Positions 53,870 to 64,000 of a stretch of 64,000 nt of DNA are shown in pieces. The stretch is taken from NCBI RefSeq assembly GCF_035084215.1, contig NC_090370.1, positions 24,180,001-24,244,000 on the forward strand, written 5' to 3'. The notes beneath the pieces were generated by a model that did not search any database, was not told the DNA's origin, and was given only the letters and a program-made list of their open reading frames with translations. A program made the position numbers and the translations under genes. Position 1 is the first letter of the stretch. Every line of letters starts with the position of its first letter. The DNA is from Heptranchias perlo (taxonomy: Eukaryota).

Positions 53870-55500
53870 AGATTGTATGTGAGTGTGAGAGTAATTCTCT
53901 GTCTGTCAGTTTCTGGTACTGTGTGTGAGCGTGATATTCATTCTGTATCCGTCAGTCTCCAGTTCAGTCTGTGAGTGTGGGATTCATTCTGTATCTGTCA
54001 ATCTCTGGGAATGTGTGTGAGTGTGGGATTCATTCTGTATCTGTCAGTCTCTGGTATTTTATCTCGGTGTGGGATCCATTCTGTAACTCAGTCTCTGGGC
54101 AAAGTGCAAGTCTGGATTCGTTCTGTATTCTTATTTCAGGCTACAGTATGGTGCTTGAAACTGTATCTTTAATTCACTAATGTATGCAAATCTTTTGTGT
54201 AGCATTAATTTGTAAATATGGATAAAATTTTGGATTTTGTTTTAATCAAACAACGTGTGTGAGTTTTGTTGTCGTATTATATCTTAATCTCTATGAAGAT
54301 AATTTTCACTTCAATCTTTTACTGTGAAATTATTGGACTGGTATTTATGGTGTAGCTCAGTCAACACTAATGGAATTGATATTGTATCTTTCAGTCTGAC
54401 ACGGTATGAGATATTTGGACTGGTATGTAAGGTGTAGCTCAGTCTGTGCGAATGGAATTGACACTCTTTCTTTCAGTCTGACACTGTCTGAGATTTTTGG
54501 ACTGGTGTGTAATGTGTGGTTCAGTCTGTACGAATGGAATTGACATTCCAACTTTCAGTCAGACACTAAGATATTTTTGGACTCGTTTGTAATGTGTAGC
54601 TTAGTCTACATTAATAGGATTCATACTGTATGTTTCAGTGTGATAATGTATCAGATTTTTGGACAATATATAATGTGTAGCTCAGTCTGCACTAATGGAA
54701 TTCATACTGTACCTTTCAGTCTGATACTGTGTAATATATTTAGACTGGTTTGTAAGGTGTAGTTCAGTCTACACTAATGGAATTGATTCTGTATATTTCT
54801 ATTTGTCACTGAATGTGACTTTTGGACTGGTATCTAATGTATACCTCAGTCTGCACTAATGGGATTGATACTGTATCTTCCAGTCTGATACTGTGTGAGA
54901 TTTCTATACTGGTATGTAACATATCGGTCAGTCTGTACTAATCACATCGATACTATATCTTTCAGAATGATACTGGAACCGATTTTTGGACAGGTATCTC
55001 ATGTGAACCTCTGTCTGCAGTGAAGGAATTGATACTGTGCCTTTTAGTTTGACACAATGTGATGTTTGGACAGGTAAATAATGTGTACCTCAGTCTGCAC
55101 TAATGGGATTGATACTGTATCTTCCAGTACGATACTTTATGCGAATTTTGGACTGGTCTATAATGTGTAGCTCAATCTGCACTAATGGAATTGATACTGT
55201 ATCTGTCAATCTGGCACTGTGATTTTTGGACTGGTATGTGATGTGTTGCTCAGTCTGCACTAATGGAATTGATACTGTATCTTTCAACCTGACACTGAGA
55301 TTTTTGGACTGGTATGTGATGTGTTGCTCAGTCTGCACTAATGGGGTTGATACTGTGTCTTTCAGTTTTATACTGTATGAGATTTTTGGACTGGTATCTT
55401 ATGTGTACCTCAGTCTGCAGTAAAGGAATTGAAACTCTACATTTCATTCTGACACTATGAGTTTTTTGGACATTTCTGTGAGTCAAATATGGGTAACATC
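53870..55500. repeat. Composite 46-bp/78-83-bp satellite, inverted copy of 29640-31190
   Basis: GGACTGG recurs at 55150, 55228, 55306 and 55388. Confidence 0.85.
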
Positions 55501-57199
55501 TGAATTGGTATCAAATTTGTATCTCCGTGCACAATAGTGGCATGAATATTGCATCTTTAAACTCATAATGTGTGAGAGTTGTGGGCTGGTATTTAATTTG
55601 AATCTTGGAGTACACTATTGTGATTCATTCTGTACCTATCAATCAGTACCATGTGTCAGTTCTATCTGGTATTTAATTTGTAGCTGAGGCTGAACTAATG
55701 TGAGATTGACACAGTGCCTTTCAATCTGATACTGGGTGTGATTTTGGACTGGGAATTATTGATCTGCCGGTCAGCGGTACTGAGTCGTTGTGAAATGGAA
55801 ATTACGTCTGTCTCTCCTGCTCTGTTTCACTGTTGGATTGGGGTCAGTGTGGGACTGACTATTTCCGCTGTCTGAGATTGTGGGACTGATGACCTGTCTG
55901 TGTCTCTGTGCTCTGTGAGTGATAATGTACTTACTGTGTGTGAGAAGGAGCTGGCTGCACTGACTGCTCCTTGTGCCTCGGGTGGAGTAAACATCACACT
56001 GATTCTGGGTCCTTCAAGGATTTGACTGTAGGAAGAAAAAGTATCTCTTGTAACTCAAGAACAGGTGAAGTAGAAAATACAAAAGTGATCAATTGAATCT
56101 CTCTGTTAATAATCATTGTAATAACCACAAATGAAAACCAGTGATACAAACAGTGTCAGTGTCTGACTCCACTGCAGTACTGCAGCTCTCAGCTTCTGCA
56201 CACCAGGTGTGTTGGGCTGTTTTACAACAATTTAGTGACATCCAGACACAACCCAACCCCTGCACTGATCCATGAATGGGACTACCCGATGGGGCGGGGA
56301 CCTTTGAACATATCAGATTTCTGTTTCCCACTCCCTTGGGACGAACCATTCAACTGAAACAAAACAGACGCTGTTTAAAATGTGTCCTTCAAACATCTCA
56401 CCTGATGCCTGCCATAGATGCTCTTTGTATAACTCCCCATATCCTCACTATCCGGCTCTGTTTACTGTTCAATAACAAACACTAAAGGTTAATGGGCAGG
56501 TTTAAAAAATCAGATTTAGTACCTGCCACCAATCACAAACACGCTCACACTGCACATTGTCCGGTTTCAGCAATTTGTTCCGAACTGTTGCAGTTCTGCT
56601 TCCGGCCAGTAGATGTCCCCAAACCCCGGGACAGTGAAGTTTGCAGATGAGAGAGGGACAGAACAGAAACTAATTCTTCACATTATATTGCACGAGTGGG
56701 ATTTAGAAAAACTGGGAACGGAGACGAGCTGCAAGCACATTTTGTTGGACCAAACATTAGTTGTAATGCTGTGTTAAATTCTTGTAATTGATTTAGGAGG
56801 TAATTGCTGAACGGCTGTGTAATTGGCCATTGAATTGCAATATCGAAAGCTTTGCGGTGCTGCATTTCGCAAGAGGGAATAAGGAGGCCACATACTGCTT
56901 GGAAATTAAGAGCCTAAATGGGGTAGAGGAACAATGTAAACCGTGTCCTGAGAAATCAGAGAGAAATACTGCGCAATGTACAGTGAAATATAATGTGGCA
57001 AATTCACAACTATTGAATGAGTGAAATAAAAACGTTATTATGAATAAATTGTCTTCATTTTTCAGGATCAAAAAGTGCAAAAATACGAGAGTAAAAGTTA
57101 CAGACAGAAACTTTCCTCACATTGCACATTGTCCGGCTTCTCCAACCACGACAGATAATGTGAATTTGTTCCGCTCTTTTACAGTTCTCGCTTACGTCC

Positions 57200-60100
57200 A
57201 GTAGATGCCAGTCTCTGGTACTGGATGTGAGAGTGGGGTTTATTGTGTATCTGTCTGTCTCTGGTACTGTGTGTGAGTTTGGGATTCTTTCTGTATCTGT
57301 CAGTCTCTGGGACTGAGTGTGAGCATGGGGTATATTCTGCATCTGTCAGTCTTAGCTACCATATATAAGTGATGGATTCGTTCTCCATCTGTCAGTCTCT
57401 GGTGCTTTATGTGAGTGTGGGCATAATTCTATGTCTGTCAGTCTCTGGTACTGTCTGTGTGTGTGGGGGATACATTCTGTATCTGCCATTCTCTGCTACT
57501 TCATCTCAGTGAGGGATTCATTCTGTAATTCAGTCTCTGAGACAATGTGCAATTCTGGATTCATTCTCGATTCTAATTTCAGTTTAGAATATCGTATTTG
57601 AAACTATATCTTTACAACTTCAAAGTATATACAGTTCTTTGTCGAGTATTTAATTTGTTAATATGGATACACTTTTCGATTTTCTTTAATCAAACAATGT
57701 GTGTGAGTTTTGGAGTAGTATTACATTTAATCTCTGAACTCTATTGTGAATGATAATGTACCTTTCAATCTGTTCACGTTGAAATTATGGACTGGTATGT
57801 AATGTGTACTTCAGTCTGCAATAATGGGATTAATTCTGTATCTGAGTCTAACACTGCATGAGATTTTTGGACTGGTGAGTAACATATTATTCATTCTGTG
57901 CGAATAGAATTGATATTGTATCTTTGAGTCTGATAGGCCAATGAGATTCTTGGACTGTTGTGTAATGTGTGGCTCAGTCTGCACTGATGGAATTGGCAAT
58001 CTATCTTTCAGTCCAATATTGTATGAGATTGTTGGACTGTTATATAATGTTTAACTCAGACGGTGCTACTAGAATTTCGAGTATATCTTTCAGTCTGATC
58101 ATTTATTTGATGTTTGGACTCGTGTGTAATATATAGCTCAGTCTGTACCAATGGTATTGACACTGTTTATTTCAGCATACCACGAGTATTTACCAATACA
58201 TTGAATATGTAGCCAGGTGCACCAATTGAATTGATACTGTATCTTTCAATCTGACCCAATGAGATTTTGGGACTGGGATGGAATGTGAAGCTCAGTTTGA
58301 AGTCATGTGACTGTGAGATTCATTCTGTATCTTTCAGTCTCTGGTACTGTTTGTGAGTGAGAGATTTATTCTGTTCCTGGTACTGTATGTGAGTGTGGGA
58401 TTCATTCTGCATCTGTCAGTCCCTGGTACTGTGCGTGAGTGTGGGATTCATTCTCTATCTATCAGTCTCTGAGACTCTGTGTGAGTGTGGTATTCATTCA
58501 GTATCTGTCAGTCTCTGATACTGTGTGTGAGTGTGGGATTCATTCTGTATCTGTCAGTCTCTGGTACTGTGCGTGAGTGTGGGATTCATTCTGTATCTGT
58601 CAGTCTCTGGTAATGTGCGTGAGTGTGGGATTCATTCTGTATCTGTCAGTCTCTGATACTGTGTGTGAGTGTGGGATTCATTCAGTATCTGTCAGTCTCT
58701 GATATTGTTTGTGAGTTTTGGATTCATTCTGTATCTGTCAGTCTCTGATACTGTGTGTGAGTGTGGGATTCATTCAGTATCTGTCAGTCTCTGATATTGT
58801 TTGTGAGTTTTGGATTCATTCTGTATCTGTCAGTCTCTGGTACTGTGTGTGAGTGTGGGATTCATTCTGTATCTGTCAGTCTCTGATACTGTGTGTGAGT
58901 GTGGGATTCATCCTGTATCTGTCAGTCTCTGGTACTGTGCATGAGTGTGGGATTCATTCTGTATCTGTCAGTCTCTGGTACTGTGTGTGAGTGTGGGATT
59001 CATTCTGTATCTGTCAGTCTCTGATACTGTGTGTGAGTGTGGGATTCATTCTGTATCTGTCAGTCTCTGGTACTGTGCGTGAGTGTGGGATTCATTCTGT
59101 ATCTGTCAGTCTCTGGTGCTGTGTGTGAGTGTGGGATTCATTCCATATCTGTCAGTCTCTGGTACTGACTGTGAGCATGGGGTATATTCTGCATTTGTCA
59201 GTCTCAGAGGTAAGATATATAAGCAATGGATTCATTCTGTATCTGTCAGTCTCTGGTACTGTGCGTGAGTGTGGGATTCATTCTGTATCTGTCAGTCTCA
59301 GATACTGTGTGTGAGTGTGGGATTCATTCTGTGTCTGCCATTCTCTGCTACTTTATCTCAGTGTGGGATTCATGCTGTAATTCAGTCTCTGAGACAATAT
59401 GCAAGTCTGAATTCATTCCATATTCTCATTTCAGTTTGCAGTATCTTATTTGAAACTGTATCTTTAATACTATAAAATATATACTGTTCTTTTTCGAGTA
59501 TTTAATTTGTAAATAGGGATTACTTTTCGATTTTCTTTAATCAAACTATGTGTGTGAGTTTTGGAGTAGTATTACATCTTAATCTCTGAACTCAATTGTG
59601 AATGATAATGTACCTTTCAAAATGTTCACAGTGAAATGACTGGACTGGTCTGTAATGTTTCGTTCAGTCTGCAATAATTGGATTAATTCTCTATCTGAGT
59701 CTGACACTGTGTGAGATGTTTGGACTGGTATGTGATATGTAGCTTATCCTGCACTAAAGGAATTGATACTGTATCTATCAGTCTGATACTGTAATAGATT
59801 TTTGGACTGGAATGTGATGTGTAGCTCAGTCTTCAATAATGGAAGTGATACTGAATCTTTCATTCTGATACTGTATGAGAGTTTTGGATTGGTGAGCAAC
59901 ATACAGCTCAGTCTGTGTTAATGGATTTGATTTTGTATCTTTAAGTCTGAGACGGTATGAGATTGTTGGACTGCTGTATAATGTGTGGCTCAGTCTGCTC
60001 TCTTGGAATCGATTCTGTATCTTTCAGTCTAATATATTATGGGATTTTCAGTCTGGTGTGTAATATACAGCTGAGGGTGAGCTAATAGAATTGAAGTTGT

Positions 60101-63100
60101 ATCTTCCAGTCTGAACATTTATGAGGTATTTCGGCGAGTATGTAATGTATAGCTCAGTCTGTACCAATGGGATTGAGACTGTTTATTTCAGTATAATACT
60201 CTATGTGTATTTACCAATATAACTAATATGCAGATCAGTCTGCGCTAATGGAAATTATAATGTATCTTTCAATCTGACTCTGAGATTTTTGGACTGGTAC
60301 CGAATGTGTAACGAAGTCTGCATTGATGGAATTGAGATGGTAACTTTCAATCAGCAACTGTGAGATTTTTGCTCTGGTATGTAATTTGTAACTCAGCCTG
60401 CACTAATGTTGGTGGCTATGAGATTCACTTTGTATCTCTCAGTCTCTGGTACTGCGTGTGAGTGTGGGATTCATGCTGCATCTGTCACTCCCTGGTACTC
60501 TATTTGACTGTGGGATTCATTCTGTTTACACATTCTCTTGTACTGTGTGTGGGTGTTGAATTATTTCCATATATGCAGTTTCTCATACTCCATGTTTGGA
60601 TGGGATTCATTCTGTATCTGTCATTCTCAGGTACTGTGTATGAATGTGGGATTCATTCTGTATCTGTCAGTCTCTGATACTGTATGTGAGTGTGGGATTC
60701 ATTCTGTATCTGTCAGTCTCTGATACTGTATGTGAGTGTGGGATTCATTCTGTATCTGTCAGTCTCTGGTACTGTGCGTGAGTGTGGGATTCATTCTGTA
60801 TCTGTCAGTCTCTGGTACTGTGTGTGAGTGTGGGATTCATTCTGTATCTGTCAGTCTCTGATACTGTGTGTGAGTGTGGGATTCATTCTGTATCTGTCAG
60901 TCTCTGGTACTGTGCGTGAGTGTGGGATTCATTCTGTATCTGTCAGTCTCTGGTACTGTGTGTGAGTGTGGGATTCATTCTGTATCTGTCAGTCTCTGAT
61001 ACTGGGTGTGAGTGTGGGATTCATTCTATATCTGTCAGTCTCTGATACTGTGTGTGAGTGTGGGATTCATTCTGTATCTGTCAGTCTCTGGTACTGTGCG
61101 TGAGTGTGGGATTCATTCTGTATCTGTCAGTCTCTGGTACTGTGCGTGAGTGTGGGATTCATTCTGTATCTGTCAGTCTCTGGTGCTGTGTGTGAGTGTG
61201 GGATTCATTCCATATCTGTCAGTCTCTGGTACTGACTGTGAGCATGGGGTATATTCTGCATTTGTCAGTCTCAGAGGTACGATACATAAGCAATGGATTT
61301 ATTCTGTATCTGTCAGTCTCTGGTGCTGCATGTGAGTGTGGGATTCATTCTGTGTCTGCCATTCTCTGCTACTTTATCTCAGTGTGGGATTCATGCTGTA
61401 ATTCAGTCTCTGAGACAATATGCAAGTCTGAATTCATTCCATATTCTCATTTCAGTTTGCAGTATCTTATTTGAAACTGTATCTTTAATACTATAAAATA
61501 TATACTGTTCATTTTCAAGTATTTAATTTGTAAATAGGGATTACTTTTCGATTTTCTTTAATCAAACTATGTGTGTGAGTTTTGGAGTCGTATTACATCT
61601 TAATCTCTGAATTCTATTGTGAATGATAATGTACCTTTCAAAATGTTCACAGTGAAATGACTGGACTGGTCTGTAATGTGTCGTTCAGTCTGCAATAATT
61701 GGATTAATTCTCTATCTGAGTCTGACACTGTGTGAGATGTTTGGACTGGTATGTGATATGTAGCTTATCCTGCACTAAAGGAATTGATACTGTATCTATC
61801 AGTCTGATACTGTAATAGATTTTTGGACTGGAATGTGATGTGCAGCTCAGTCTTCAATAATGGAAGTGATACTGAATCTTTCATTCTGATACTGTATGAG
61901 AGTTTTGGATTGGTGAGCAACATACAGCTCAGTCTGTGTTAATGGATTTGATTTTGTATCTTTAAGTCTGAGACGGTATGAGATTGTTGGAATGCTGTAT
62001 AATGTGTGGCTCAGTCTGCTCTCTTGGAATCGATTCTGTATCTTTCAGTCTAATATTTTATGGGATTTTCAGTCTGGTGTGTAATATACAGCTGAGGGTG
62101 AGCTAATAGAATTGAAGTTGTATCTTCCAGTCTGAACATTTATGAGGTATTTCGGCGAGTATGTAATGTATAGCTCAGTCTGTACCAATGGGATTGAGAC
62201 TGTTTATTTCAGTATAATACTCTATGTGTATTTACCAATATAACTAATATGCAGATCAGTCTGCGCTAATGGAAATTATAATGTATCTTTCAATCTGACT
62301 CTGAGATTTTTGGACTGGTACCGAATGTGTAACGAAGTCTGCATTGATGGAATTGAGATGGTAACTTTCAATCAGCAACTGTGAGATTTTTGCTCTGGTA
62401 TGTAATTTGTAACTCAGCCTGCACTAATGTTGGTGGCTATGAGATTCACTTTGTATCTCTCAGTCTCTGGTACTGCGTGTGAGTGTGGGATTCATGCTGC
62501 ATCTGTCACTCCCTGGTACTCTATTTGACTGTGGGATTCATTCTGTTTACACATTCTCTTTTACTGTGTGTGGGTGTTGAATTATTTCCATATATGCAGT
62601 TTCTCATACTCCATGTTTGGATGGGATTCATTCTGTATCTGTCATTCTCAGGTACTGTGTATGAATGTGGGATTCATTCTGTATCTGTCAGTCTCTGATA
62701 CTGTATGTGAGTGTGGGATTCATTCTGTATCTGTCAGTCTCTGATACTGTATGTGAGTGTGGGATTCATTCTGTATCTGTCAGTCTCTGATACTGTGTGT
62801 GAGTGTGGGATTCATTCTGTATCTGTCAGTCTCTGGTACTGTGTGTGTGTGTGGGATTCATTCTGTATCTGTCAGTCTCTGATACTGGGTGTGAGTGTGG
62901 GATTCATTCTGTATCTGTCAGTCTCTGATACTGTGTGTGAGTGTGGGATTCATTCTGTATCTGTCAGTCTCTGGTACTGTGCGTGAGTGTGGGATTCATT
63001 CTGTATCTGTCAGTCTCTGGTAATGTGCGTGAGTGTGGGATTCATTCTGTATCTGTCAGTCTCTGATACTGTGTGTGAGTGTGGGATTCATTCAGTATCT

Positions 63101-64000
63101 GTCAGTCTCTGATATTGTTTGTGAGTTTTGGATTCATTCTGTATCTGTCAGTCTCTGATACTGTGTGTGAGTGTGGGATTCATTCAGTATCTGTCAGTCT
63201 CTGATATTGTTTGTGAGTTTTGGATTCATTCTGTATCTGTCAGTCTCTGGTACTGTGTGTGAGTGTGGGATTCATTCTGTATCTGTCAGTCTCTGATACT
63301 GTGTGTGAGTGTGGGATTCATTCTGTATCTGTCAGTCTCTGGTACTGTGCATGAGTGTGGGATTCATTCTGTATCTGTCAGTCTCTGGTACTGTGTGTGA
63401 GTGTGGGATTCATTCTGTATCTGTCAGTCTCTGATACTGTGTGTGAGTGTGGGATTCATTCTGTATCTGTCAGTCTCTGGTACTGTGCGTGAGTGTGGGA
63501 TTCATTCTGTATCTGTCAGTCTCTGGTGCTGTGTGTGAGTGTGGGATTCATTCCATATCTGTCAGTCTCTGGTACTGACTGTGAGCATGGGGTATATTCT
63601 GCATTTGTCAGTCTCAGAGGTAAGATATATAAGCAATGGATTCATTCTGTATCTGTCAGTCTCTGGTACTGTGCGTGAGTGTGGGATTCATTCTGTATCT
63701 GTCAGTCTCAGATACTGTGTGTGAGTGTGGGATTCATTCTGTGTCTGCCATTCTCTGCTACTTTATCTCAGTGTGGGATTCATGCTGTAATTCAGTCTCT
63801 GAGACAATATGCAAGTCTGAATTCATTCCATATTCTCATTTCAGTTTGCAGTATCTTATTTGAAACTGTATCTTTAATACTATAAAATATATACTGTTCT
63901 TTTTCGAGTATTTAATTTGTAAATAGGGATTACTTTTCGATTTTCTTTAATCAAACTATGTGTGTGAGTTTTGGAGTAGTATTACATCTTAATCTCTGAA
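57200..64000. repeat. Higher-order satellite: ~2.0-2.3 kb units of a 46-bp array, a spacer and an ~80-bp array
   Basis: 46-bp period (GGGATT at 58995 and 59041). Landmark ORFs recur at 59083, 61150 and 63493, and at 60462 and 62483. Confidence 0.95.

Noticed and set aside
57200-64000. Regular repeats resembling a CRISPR array, and Cys/Ser/Val-rich ORFs
   Set aside because: Head-to-tail monomers with no unique spacers and no cas genes, in a eukaryotic context. The ORFs are satellite translations.

Overview
Eukaryotic, repeat-rich vertebrate DNA, most likely from a cartilaginous fish; this is inferred from the CR1, Penelope and SINE families and from the shark-type H1/H2B/H2A sequences. Bases 1-25 kb hold a decaying tRNA gene cluster among a full-length CR1 LINE, CR1/L2/RTEX fragments, a Harbinger relic, a Buster-type hAT transposase pseudogene and two minisatellites. 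The cluster includes an apparently intact tRNA-Arg(TCG) with an unusual 41-nt intron, an intron-containing tRNA-Ile(TAT), and Gly/Ser/Pro/Thr relics. Bases 25-57 kb are a replication-dependent histone locus: one complete quintet (H2B, H2A, H3.2, H4, H1, all with 3' stem-loops), a second inverted H2A/H2B pair, an H2A pseudogene and a truncated H2B. It appears built from a ~14-15 kb unit that was duplicated directly and then inverted. Bases 57-64 kb are a higher-order satellite of 46-bp and ~80-bp monomers. The most interesting signals are the non-canonical tRNA introns, the minimal hammerhead ribozymes in Penelope-derived inserts, a 26-bp E2F/CHR-like element identical in the H2A and H3 promoters, and the palindromic birth-and-death architecture of the histone locus. 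Coordinates were read by eye; repeat boundaries are approximate.
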